64,000 bases of DNA from contig CAWDLW010000008.1 in the NCBI GenBank assembly GCA_963803145.1, positions 384,001 to 448,000 on the forward strand, in the 5' to 3' direction. Positions 10,972 through 20,457 of this stretch are shown here, in pieces. Origin of the DNA: Methanotrichaceae archaeon. Its GTDB lineage: Archaea > Halobacteriota > Methanosarcinia > Methanotrichales > Methanotrichaceae. How positions within the stretch are numbered: the stretch's first letter is position 1; every line of letters begins with the position of its first letter. A program made the position numbers and the translations under genes. A model generated the notes under the pieces. It saw nothing but the letters and a program-made list of their open reading frames with translations. It was not told the origin of the DNA and searched no databases.

Positions 10972-12134
10972 TGAGATGAGCCTCCTAAGAGCGACTTAAG
11001 ATCATTCTTGAGATTATCGGATAGCTTAGCCTCGTCTAACTTCGATTTAGCAAGCGAGTAAAGGGTGAACTGATCGTACTTAATCCCTTCAAGGTCTGCA
11101 CCACTCAGATTGACCCCTGTCATCTCAACTCGATTCAAAGTTGAATCCCTAAGATTAGCGCCTGCCATATTGGAATTTGTCAGAAATACATCGGCCAGGT
11201 CAGAATTCTTAAGAATTGCACCTTTCAAGTCCACACCTCTCAGATCCAGCTCATGCAGACTAACTCTGTTAAGCTTTGCTCTATCTAGCACTGCTCCTAT
11301 GAGTCTCACTGAACTCAGATCTGCATCAGAGAGATCGGCCCCCGTCAGGTTTGCTCTGGTTAAATCAGCATAAGGTAGCTTGGCAGAGTTTAGATTGGTT
11401 CCAACCATTTTGGACTCGGTCATATCGGCATAGGCCAAATTGGCCCAATTCATGTTGGCGCCGGTAAAATCCGCCCTCATCAGATAAGCCCGCGTAAAAT
11501 CAGCATCACTCAAATCTGAGCCGCTTAGGTTGGCATCGTAAAGTTCAGCTCTGGAGAACTGACCTCTAGATAGGTAACCTCCGCTTAGATCTGCCCAACT
11601 TAAATGAGCCCCAATTAAATTGGCGCTAATTAAATATATGCTTTTGAGCGTTGCGCCACTTAAATCGGTTCTGAACAACCTGGCATCAGTCATATCAGCC
11701 CCAGAAAGATCTGCATCAGAAAGATCGGCCTCAGTGAGATCTGCCTTTGCCATATGTGCATCTACAAGCCTGGATTTTGATATATCCGCCCTTTTCAATA
11801 TAGATTCAGTTAAATCCGACCTATTCAAGTCTGTGTTATCCAGAACTGCGTCTGTAAGATCCGCTTTCGCAAATTTCGTATCTTCCATGCGAGAATTAGT
11901 TAACCAGGCAGATCGCAAATAGCTACCATTAAAATTTGAACCATTCAAATTGGAGCTCTCTAGATCTGACTGGTTCAAATTTTTATTGCTCAGATTCATG
12001 CCGCTAAGGTCCATATTGCTCAAATTCATGCGATCTGCAGTCTTGATGCCAAGATTCATCGGCTCTGTTGCCATGATGCAGCCTGTTGCAATCAATATAC
12101 ATATCAGAAGCTGTATCAGCAATTTAGCTTTCAT
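10968..12134 (-). CDS. Secreted pentapeptide-repeat protein
   Basis: A(D/N)Lxx repeats throughout; GGAGG before MKAKLL signal peptide (start 12134). Confidence 0.9.
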   Translation of the reverse strand: MKAKLLIQLLICILIATGCIMATEPMNLGIKTADRMNLSNMDLSGMNLSNKNLNQSDLESSNLNGSNFNGSYLRSAWLTNSRMEDTKFAKADLTDAVLDNTDLNRSDLTESILKRADISKSRLVDAHMAKADLTEADLSDADLSGADMTDARLFRTDLSGATLKSIYLISANLIGAHLSWADLSGGYLSRGQFSRAELYDANLSGSDLSDADFTRAYLMRADFTGANMNWANLAYADMTESKMVGTNLNSAKLPYADLTRANLTGADLSDADLSSVRLIGAVLDRAKLNRVSLHELDLRGVDLKGAILKNSDLADVFLTNSNMAGANLRDSTLNRVEMTGVNLSGADLEGIKYDQFTLYSLAKSKLDEAKLSDNLKNDLKSLLGGSSQ

Positions 12135-12298
12135 CCATCCTCCTACACCAGGTTTGAATCCCCTTAAGCTAACTCTACAACCCATAGACTTCAAAAGAAT
12201 GTTGATAGAATAACTCATATTTAACCTTCTCCAATTTTGATGCATCTAAATCGATCTCCATTCCATTGAAATGCCGAAAATATCATAATGCTTGGAAT

Positions 12299-12964
12299 TC
12301 AAGTCACCTTCCATTTAGGATTTATTGAATCGAGGTATTTGAAATCGACAAAGCTATAAGGCGCTTTATAATAATAATTATCAGTCATAGTGCCGTAATA
12401 GCTATCCACCGCCAACCAGGTGTCGGAATGGTCCTTATCCTCTACTGCCACCCATAGGTGTCCTTGAGAATCGAATCCGTTTGGATCATAAAGGTATACT
12501 ACGTTATACCCGAAACTCTTGTAGATATCATTAAGCTTTTGAGAACCATCATAGCACATTCCCAAGGGCGACACAGGGAATATCGTGCACTTGTTAATTG
12601 CCTTTACAAAATTCAAATCACTGGTCTTTTTATATGTCACATTAGACTTTATAGCATCTTGAGGTATCACCTGTACAAGTCCCGATTGGTTCTTGGGAGG
12701 ACTCATCCATATATCTGCAAGCCTTGGAGATGCACCATTGGGAGTCAGATAAATCTCCTTTCCACTTGTGAATTTGACCGTTACGTAAGAACCAGTCGGC
12801 TCCGCATTGTATCCATGGGTTGCCAGAAAGAACGCCAGATCTTTTACGCTGATGCCGATATCCTCGTAGCTGGATAGAAGCAACCAAAGATCGTTCTCTT
12901 CGCTCGCATGAGAACAATCGATGATCAAGATGACGCATAGAGCCAGCAAAACGAATAACCGCAT
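12299..12964 (-). CDS. Secreted protein with putative transglutaminase-like Cys-His-Asp domain
   Basis: Signal peptide; GMCYDGS...GHLWVAV...WLAVDSYYG motif order. Confidence 0.6.
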   Translation of the reverse strand: MRLFVLLALCVILIIDCSHASEENDLWLLLSSYEDIGISVKDLAFFLATHGYNAEPTGSYVTVKFTSGKEIYLTPNGASPRLADIWMSPPKNQSGLVQVIPQDAIKSNVTYKKTSDLNFVKAINKCTIFPVSPLGMCYDGSQKLNDIYKSFGYNVVYLYDPNGFDSQGHLWVAVEDKDHSDTWLAVDSYYGTMTDNYYYKAPYSFVDFKYLDSINPKWKVT

Positions 12965-13207
12965 TCCATCCCCGATACCAAGGCTACAGCTTAATTTTTT
13001 GCTTATGTCATTGATTCTAACTATAATAGGCTTACGGAGAATCAGGGCAAGTATGTAGAGCGTTGAAAGATAGTAACATACTATTGCCTGTGACTAATGT
13101 AAGGACGATATATGACCACGGACATAGTTTTTATTTTATCAACATGTGTATTTATAATTCTTATTTGTAATAAGAATGTTTATTAACCTGTAGCGATTAG
13201 TGCTATC

Positions 13208-15982
13208 ATGGCCCTACCAGGGATGAGGCACCTTCTTGGAAGCTATCTACTCGTAATTTTATTGTTAGCTATAATAGGCATAGCCGAATGCAATACAACC
13301 TTCAGCCAGCCCCTGAAAAATTCTTCTGAGCTAGTGGGCAAGAACCTCAGCAATGGCAATCTCTCCGAGTCACGCCCAAACAGATCTAACGCGCAGGCCA
13401 GCAGCCTCAAAGGCTCAGACCTGCCTGGAGCAGACCTAGAAATCACACCCAAACAGATACTGATTCTCGCCTCTTACAATCCAGGCTTGAGATGGACTGA
13501 TTTGCAAGGGAGTGCGATCGAAAATCAGCTTTCAATATACTACCCAATGGCTAATTTCACATTTGAATATATGGACACTAAGAAACAAGCTCCAACTAAG
13601 GCGCGTCTGGCTGAATTGAAAGAGTTATATAAAAACAGATACTCTGGCCGCCATTTTGATGTCATAATCTGCTCCGATGATGATGCCTTCGATTTTCTGT
13701 TGGACAATAGAAATAATCTGTTTCCTGGCAGCCCGGTAGTCTTCTGCGGAGTGAACTTCTTCGACGACAAGATGCTTGAGGGAAAGATTGGCTTCACGGG
13801 TGTAGTAGAAGCATACGACATTTATGATATAATCTCTCTGATGCTTAAGTTGCATCCGAAAACACGACAAATCGTAATAGTAAACGATCGGACTACCACC
13901 GGCAAAGCAAATCAAAAGGTTCTGAACCAGACCCTGCCGGAATTCAGCTCAAATGTTAGCTTCGCTATCTGGGACAATATGACTGTGGAGGAGCTCGAGC
14001 ATAACGCCTCTGCACTATCCAATGATAGCCTAATTCTTCTTCTCAATTACAATCGGGATCGAGCAGGAAGAGCCCTGACTCATGAAGAAAGTGCATGGAT
14101 TCTCAGAAGTGCGAGTTCTGTTCCAATCTATGGCCCGCATGATGTATACATGGGCTTTGGTGTATTGGGGGGAGCCATAACATCTGGCCAAATCCAGGGA
14201 AGCCTGGCCGCAAATCTGGCACTTCGTATACTCAAAGGCGAACAGGCAGATAAAATTCCCGTGATAAAAAAAGTGCCGACTCCTTATATGTTCGATATGA
14301 TAGAACTGAGACGTTTCAAGATAAGTCCTTCAGAGCTCCCACCTGGAAGCATAATCATTAACCAGCCTTTTCAGCCGCTTGCCGATTTGAGCAACATGAA
14401 CCTCAGCGGCTTGGATCTGTCAGGGTTCAATATGAGCAGGTCGCAACTACAAAATTCGAATCTGGATATAACCAATATGAGCAGATCGTCTCTTGAAGGT
14501 GCAAGAATGGTCAACGACAGCATGATCAGAACGAACCTTCAACATGCAATTATGGATGATACCGATATCGAAAATTCCGATCTGACTCTTGCCAATATCA
14601 AGGGTTCGAGGCTTATCGGGTCAGACCTGACCAACTCGAATATGACTGGAGCGGATCTTACTGAAGCAGACCTTCAACAAGCAAGGATGAGCGGGAGCAA
14701 GCTTGTCGGAGCGAAGCTGGATAAAGCAAACTTAACAGCTGCCAATCTTAGCGATTCAAATTTGACGAACGCGTCTCTTTCAGGAACCTATATGAGACGG
14801 GCCCTATTATCCGATTCAACTCTTGTCGGAGCAAACCTCAGTGGAGCAGACCTCGTGGGCTCCAATCTCATAAATGCCGATGTAAGTAAGGCAAAACTTC
14901 GAGGGACTGATCTATCCGAGTCTCGTTGTCATGGTGCAAAGTTCATCGGCTCTCAGTTAATCAATTGCACCTTAGCTTTTGCAAATCTGACCGGTGCAAA
15001 CCTTAGCAATGCGAACCTCTCAGGCTCGTATCTTGTAGCCTCGGAACTTACTGGTTCCGATCTCTCCAGAGCTAACCTATCGGGTGCAAACCTTGAGGCA
15101 GCTTATATTGAGAAAACCAAAGCTGTCGATGTCCTGCTGGTGGGCGCTAGTTTGACTGGAGCACACCTGGAGGATTCTGATCTATCGAATTCCGATCTCG
15201 AAGAAGCCGATCTGACCGGCGCCCTGCTTGGAGGGTGCAACCTGAATGGTGCCAATTTGAATGGTGCCAGGCTGGTGGGTGCAGATCTTAGCCAAGCCAT
15301 CCTGAAAGGTGCACATCTGACCCGGGCCAATATGGTTGGTGCCAAAATGAATTGGATGGAGATGAGCGACAGCAGTCTCACAAATTCCCAGTTCACCAGA
15401 GCAGAACTCTTTGGTGCCAACCTGAGCCATTCAGATCTGACTGGTTCGGACTTTACGCGGGCGTATTTAGTGAGAACGAATCTATCGGATTGCACTATGA
15501 AGGGCGTCACCTTAGATTATGCTGATCTCAGCAATGCAAACCTGAGAAATGCCAATCTGGACCAGGGCAGATTATATAACCTCTTCATGAATGGCGCGGA
15601 CCTATCGGGCGCAGACTTGAGGGGGTCTTACATGTACGGCATGACCCTTGATGGAACTATTTGGCGCAAGGCGAAATTGAGATCATCCAACATAATTTTG
15701 CTGAACTTCTTGAATGCGGACTTCAGCGGTGCCGATTTGAGGAATACCCGGTTTGCCCAGACATACATGAATAATACCAACTTTTCAGGCGCGGATCTGA
15801 GCGGAGTCATCTTTGATACATGTGCCTTCGAAAACGCTGATTTCAGGGATGCAGATCTGCAGGGAGTCAAGTACGATTCTATAGCACTTGGTTTTTTCGC
15901 GGTGTCAAAACTCGATGGGGCCAAGATTAGCGCAGATCTGCAGAAGGATCTCGAAAAATTGAGATCAGGAAAAAAGACATGA
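13208..15982 (+). CDS. Secreted fusion: ABC substrate-binding-like sensor domain plus long pentapeptide-repeat domain
   Basis: Signal peptide; ILILASYNPG..WT, FEYMDTKK, PVVFCGVN, GVLGG motifs; C-terminal ~520 aa of pentapeptide repeats. Confidence 0.8.
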   Translation: MALPGMRHLLGSYLLVILLLAIIGIAECNTTFSQPLKNSSELVGKNLSNGNLSESRPNRSNAQASSLKGSDLPGADLEITPKQILILASYNPGLRWTDLQGSAIENQLSIYYPMANFTFEYMDTKKQAPTKARLAELKELYKNRYSGRHFDVIICSDDDAFDFLLDNRNNLFPGSPVVFCGVNFFDDKMLEGKIGFTGVVEAYDIYDIISLMLKLHPKTRQIVIVNDRTTTGKANQKVLNQTLPEFSSNVSFAIWDNMTVEELEHNASALSNDSLILLLNYNRDRAGRALTHEESAWILRSASSVPIYGPHDVYMGFGVLGGAITSGQIQGSLAANLALRILKGEQADKIPVIKKVPTPYMFDMIELRRFKISPSELPPGSIIINQPFQPLADLSNMNLSGLDLSGFNMSRSQLQNSNLDITNMSRSSLEGARMVNDSMIRTNLQHAIMDDTDIENSDLTLANIKGSRLIGSDLTNSNMTGADLTEADLQQARMSGSKLVGAKLDKANLTAANLSDSNLTNASLSGTYMRRALLSDSTLVGANLSGADLVGSNLINADVSKAKLRGTDLSESRCHGAKFIGSQLINCTLAFANLTGANLSNANLSGSYLVASELTGSDLSRANLSGANLEAAYIEKTKAVDVLLVGASLTGAHLEDSDLSNSDLEEADLTGALLGGCNLNGANLNGARLVGADLSQAILKGAHLTRANMVGAKMNWMEMSDSSLTNSQFTRAELFGANLSHSDLTGSDFTRAYLVRTNLSDCTMKGVTLDYADLSNANLRNANLDQGRLYNLFMNGADLSGADLRGSYMYGMTLDGTIWRKAKLRSSNIILLNFLNADFSGADLRNTRFAQTYMNNTNFSGADLSGVIFDTCAFENADFRDADLQGVKYDSIALGFFAVSKLDGAKISADLQKDLEKLRSGKKT

Positions 15983-17086
15983 TGAGACTTGTTGGGAGAA
16001 TGATGACAATGCAAAAGAACATATACGTATCAACATGGTGGAACGTGATTCTTTGTGCCATTCTCTTAGTTGGTTTTGCCGGGAATTGCAGTGCTGCAGC
16101 TGTAGATAACTCATCGGGAAAATCCGAGCTAAATGTGACCTTAATCAATATTGGCCCCGTTGGAACCTACGGCTGGGCTTACGAGGGCCATATGGCAGCA
16201 TCCAAAATGGCCCAGAAGCTTCCTTACGTGAGATTTTCCGAGATAGCGAATGTTGACGCTCCTAATGCTCCCCGAATATTGAGAGAATGCGCCAATAATG
16301 GATCTAAACTTATATTCTGTCACAGCGCTGACTTCCTGAATGCAATCAATGAAGTAGCTCCTGAATATCCGGACGTCATTTTCATGTGGGGCAACGGGGA
16401 TAGAAAGCTGGTTTCCAACGCAGGAGTTTATTACGGAAAGATGGATGAGCCTATGTATCTTGCTGGAATAGTGGCAGGGAATATGACCAAGACGGATAAG
16501 ATCGGTTTTGCGGCAGCCTTTCCCACATTTCAGGTAATAACAACCATCAATGCCTTTGCCAAGGGAATCGCATCTTCCAACCCCCATGCCAAGGTTTATG
16601 TGGAGTGGATCGGAGAGCTGGTATGATCCAGGAAAAGAGCGGGCTGTAGCCATGTCACTTATCAATGAAGGGTGCGACATCTTAACCCATGCGTCCACCT
16701 CCGATGCTACTGGCGAGACCGCTGATGAGATGGGCGTTTACTTCATATCTTCTGGCTCTGACAGCGGCAGGTTCTCTCCTCGTGTATACCTAACTGGCGC
16801 AAATTGGAACTTGGAACCTATTATGACCGATATTGTAGAATCTGTGCATAACGGAACCTGGGATTCTCGTCCTGGACAGGAATGGGGGTACGGACTGGCA
16901 GAGGGTGGAGTTAAATTGGCACCTTTCGGCAACATGGTTCCGGCTAGTGTCAGATCTTTTGTAAACGAGAAACAAAAAGAGCTTATTCAGGGGAAACTGG
17001 CAATATTCCCAGGAATGAAGGATGAAGATCTGAAAAAGATGTACTACCTCGAACCCAATGTAGTAGGAGAGCTGCCGAAACCGTGA
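15979..17086 (+). pseudogene. BMP-family (basic membrane protein) ABC substrate-binding protein, frameshifted
   Basis: YLAGIVAG.MTKT.KIGF and INAFAKG motifs; VEWIG|SWYDP junction broken by an extra base near 16612-16619. Confidence 0.8.
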
Positions 17087-17269
17087 GGCTTTTCCATCTT
17101 TTCTGGTTGATGCCGCTTAGCTTATTGTTTTCTCGAAGCGGCTGATTCCAGATTAAAATTTATAGTAAATGAGTACAGATCTGAAGGATGCAGATGCGAA
17201 TTGCAACTCAAAGGAGCATTCTGAGCAAGATCCCATGAAGGCATACAAACGATTCATAGAGGACCAACG

Positions 17270-17572
17270 ATGGGAAAATATCTAATCATCGCTGCAGCCT
17301 GCTTATTAATCCAGGCGCTGCTTATTACAGCCTCAGGAGGAGGCAATGATCTAGATGAGATGAAACAGCTCCTAGCCTCATTAAACGATCCCAAGATGGC
17401 CGTATCGGATCTGGCATTCTTTCTGGCAACCCATAACTATGATGCGAGGCCAACCAAGGACTATGTAGAGCTTAAGCTGGATGGCAAGGTCTACAAGCTC
17501 ATACCTAATGGCGATGGCTCAGGATTGTGCAAGGTCGTCCCATTAAATGGACCTCAGGTCTTATCTGATTGA
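17270..17572 (+). CDS. Small secreted protein, paralog of the N-terminal domain of 12299-12964
   Basis: DLAFFLATHNYDA versus DLAFFLATHGYNA; L.PNG motif shared. Confidence 0.75.
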   Translation: MGKYLIIAAACLLIQALLITASGGGNDLDEMKQLLASLNDPKMAVSDLAFFLATHNYDARPTKDYVELKLDGKVYKLIPNGDGSGLCKVVPLNGPQVLSD

Positions 17573-17721
17573 AATAAACTCCGCCATTGGTTATCAGCTA
17601 CCAATAACATGGCGACCTCAAAGCCTAAAGGAGACCAGCTTGAGATACGATCAAGATGCGCCTTTTCTTGATAGCCAAATTACTCAATGGCAGTTTCAGC
17701 ATCAAACAGCATCAAAAATAA

Positions 17722-18645
17722 TTATGCCTTCTCTGCCCTCGCCTGCTCCTTTCTCCTGCCCTCGAACTCCTGCTGAACATCGCACCCTAGCCGCCCAATT
17801 GCATCTGAGCGGCACTGCCTACAGTGCCTCATCTGTTTAATTATCTTGCCCAGCTCGTCTTGAATCTTCCTTTTCTCCTCAGGCGATGGCGGCTTGATGT
17901 TGGCAAACTTATACTGGGGTATGAGAGGCATGACGTTATGAATGAAGACCCCCATCTCCTTGATCTTTCGGGCAACATCGAAGACATGCTTATCATTTAT
18001 TCCTGGAATAAGCACAGTATTTACCTTCACGATCTTCTTCAGCTTGAGTGCCTCAGCTATTCCCTTCAGCTGCTGATCGCGTAAAAGAGTTGCTGCCTCA
18101 ATGCCCTCATAACGCTTTCCTTTATATGTTACGTAATCGTATATTTGCTGGCCGATCTGAGGGTCTATTGCATTCATAGTTACTGTTATATTGCACACGC
18201 CAAGCTTATCCAGCTCATTGATCTTATCCGGCAAAAGCAGACCGTTGGTGCTGATGCACAGGATCAGGTTGGGATACTTCTGTCCGACAAGGCGCAGAGT
18301 CTCGAATGTCTCCTCATTTGCCAGAGGCTCGCCGGGACCTGCGACTGCAACAACCTTGATGTAATGGTATTTCGCGAGAACTTCGTCTACCCGAGCCAGG
18401 GCCTCCTGAGGGGTAAGAACACTAGAGGTCACTCCAGGCCTTGACTCATTTACGCAATCAAAATCCCTGACACAGTATTTGCATTGAATATTGCACTTCG
18501 GCGCAACGGCCAGATGCATTCTTCCGAATGCATGGCATGCTTGCTCGCTGAAGCAGGGGTGCTCCTTTATCCTCCTTAGCTGCTCGGGATCATAGGGAAC
18601 CTCCCTTCCGCCCACGTTGGCAACGGGAAACGTTTCTTCGCTCAT
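17722..18645 (-). CDS. nifB: NifB-like radical SAM protein (stand-alone)
   Basis: HPCF, RMHLAVAPKCNIQCKYC, ESRPGV, AGPGEPLAN, HCRQCRSDAIG motifs; start set at MSEET. Confidence 0.85.
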   Translation of the reverse strand: MSEETFPVANVGGREVPYDPEQLRRIKEHPCFSEQACHAFGRMHLAVAPKCNIQCKYCVRDFDCVNESRPGVTSSVLTPQEALARVDEVLAKYHYIKVVAVAGPGEPLANEETFETLRLVGQKYPNLILCISTNGLLLPDKINELDKLGVCNITVTMNAIDPQIGQQIYDYVTYKGKRYEGIEAATLLRDQQLKGIAEALKLKKIVKVNTVLIPGINDKHVFDVARKIKEMGVFIHNVMPLIPQYKFANIKPPSPEEKRKIQDELGKIIKQMRHCRQCRSDAIGRLGCDVQQEFEGRRKEQARAEKA

Positions 18646-18745
18646 ACTAGGGACTCCGCAACCTAGGTTATGATGAAGGATGCCTAAAAAGATTTGCATC
18701 CAAGAGGCGCAAAGATACTTATCATATGTTGTTTAAGATCATATT

Positions 18746-19036
18746 ATGCCTGAGAAGGATAAGTTTGTAATCTGGCCGATTTACTTCGATTCCACAAAAA
18801 GCCGCAGCGAGGGCAGAGCCGTTGCGACTGGCGATGCAGTCAGCAACCCCAACATCGATGACATTATAACCGCCGCATTGAAGGCTGGCCTGAAGCCTGA
18901 GATAGAACGCGAGAAGCGTCATCCGAAAACGTGGTATGAGAGCGCCGGAAGAATCCTTCTGCCGAAAAGTGGCCCTAAATCTGCCGTCTTGAAGAAGATA
19001 GCTGGGTCTTTGAAGTTTAAGAAAAAGAAGGGCTAA
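18746..19036 (+). CDS. srp19: Signal recognition particle protein SRP19
   Basis: IWPIYFDSTKSRSEGRAV, HPKTW...GRI motifs. Confidence 0.92.
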   Translation: MPEKDKFVIWPIYFDSTKSRSEGRAVATGDAVSNPNIDDIITAALKAGLKPEIEREKRHPKTWYESAGRILLPKSGPKSAVLKKIAGSLKFKKKKG

Positions 19037-19038
19037 GT

Positions 19039-19671
19039 ATGATCGATCTGCATACTCACACCATATTCAGCGATGGCGAGCTGATCCCAAGCGAGCTTGT
19101 GCGCCGGGCCGAGGTAAAGGGCTATACCGTAATAGGCCTTACAGATCATGTAGATTTCACTAATATTGAGTACACACTTTCAAGCATCCTTAAGGCCAAA
19201 TATATGGAGGACTCAATTGACATCAAAATCATATGCGGAGTTGAGATCACCCACGTTCCTCCGGAAAAGATAGGAAATATTGCATCTCTTGCAAGAAGGC
19301 TCGGGGCTGAGATAATAGTTGTACATGGTGAGACGCCTGTTGAGCCCGTCATGCCGGGCACAAACAGGGCGGCAATCGAAGCGTGCGTCGATATCCTGGC
19401 CCATCCTGGATTTCTTACCATCGAAGAGGCTGAGCTCGCCCGAGAGAATAACGTATGCCTGGAGATCACATCTCGGCTTGGCCATAACATCACAAATGGC
19501 CATGTGGTGCGTATTGCGTTGGACGCGAGGGCAAAGATGGTTGTGGATACAGATGCGCACAGCCCAGATGATCTCATAAACTCTGAGCGCGCAGTGGAAA
19601 TCGCAATGGGAGCAGGACTGCCTTATGATCGGGCAAGGGATATAGTTAAAAATCATGCGATTGTGAAATAG
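19039..19671 (+). CDS. PHP-domain phosphoesterase (histidinol phosphatase-like)
   Basis: DLHTHT..SDGEL, TDH, GVEITH, DTDAH motifs. Confidence 0.9.
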   Translation: MIDLHTHTIFSDGELIPSELVRRAEVKGYTVIGLTDHVDFTNIEYTLSSILKAKYMEDSIDIKIICGVEITHVPPEKIGNIASLARRLGAEIIVVHGETPVEPVMPGTNRAAIEACVDILAHPGFLTIEEAELARENNVCLEITSRLGHNITNGHVVRIALDARAKMVVDTDAHSPDDLINSERAVEIAMGAGLPYDRARDIVKNHAIVK

Positions 19672-19716
19672 GATCAGTTAGAAAAGTTTCGATTAGGGGT
19701 TGAATAGATAGACATA

Positions 19717-20457
19717 GTGGCAATTGATATATCAGGCAGGCACTCGGTCAACGGCAGATACCAGATGGTTTGTGCTGCAGTATCCCTAAGAGCCTCGCCT
19801 GAGTGCATTGAGAAGATCTATTCTGTAAGGCTGGTCCCCAGCGTAACTGGTTCCATTGATTTAAATACGATTATTGATCTGATCTCGACAGCTGTTCTTA
19901 ACCTGCCTGGAACCGTATTGGCAGAACCTGGGGATCTCTACAACCAGGATGCATGGAGGATCTGCAGCATTCTCGGCCGCGAGTTCAAGTATCCCGAGAC
20001 GCTCGCCGAGCGCACATCGATAGAATTAGCGCATTACATCTCAGTGGCGGGACGAAGGCTTATCACAGATGGGCGAGAAGATATCAATGATGGGCGAGAG
20101 GATATCAATGACGGGCGAGAGGATATCAATGACGGGCGAGAGGATATCAATGACGGGCGAGAGGATATCAATGACGGGCGAGAGGATATCAATGACGGGC
20201 GAGAGGATATCAATGACGGGCGAGAGGATATCAATGACGGGCGAGAGGATATCAATGACGGGCGAGAGGATATCAATGACGGGCGAGAGGATATCAATGA
20301 CGGGCGAGAGGATATCAATGACGGGCGAGAGGATATCAATGACGGGCGAGAGGATATCAATGACGGGCGAGAGGATATCAATGACGGGCGAGAGGATATC
20401 AATGACGGGCGAGAGGATATCAATGACGGGCGAGAGGATATCAATGATGGACAGTAG
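19717..20457 (+). CDS. DUF2209-like archaeal protein with C-terminal (DGREDIN)x18 expansion
   Basis: AIDISGRH...MVCAAV...ER..IELAH motifs in the first 117 aa, then the repeat. Confidence 0.7.
   Translation: MAIDISGRHSVNGRYQMVCAAVSLRASPECIEKIYSVRLVPSVTGSIDLNTIIDLISTAVLNLPGTVLAEPGDLYNQDAWRICSILGREFKYPETLAERTSIELAHYISVAGRRLITDGREDINDGREDINDGREDINDGREDINDGREDINDGREDINDGREDINDGREDINDGREDINDGREDINDGREDINDGREDINDGREDINDGREDINDGREDINDGREDINDGREDINDGREDINDGQ
20068..20450. repeat. 21-bp tandem repeat (GACGGGCGAGAGGATATCAAT), ~18 copies
   Basis: Directly visible; nearly all copies identical. Confidence 0.98.

Noticed and set aside
11110-16014. Antisense ORFs over the pentapeptide genes
   Set aside because: Shadow ORFs caused by repetitive codon usage
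17722-18645. Nitrogen-fixation cluster
   Set aside because: The nifB-like gene stands alone among housekeeping genes; no nifHDK nearby
20068-20450. CRISPR array
   Set aside because: Head-to-tail identical 21-mers with no spacers and no cas genes
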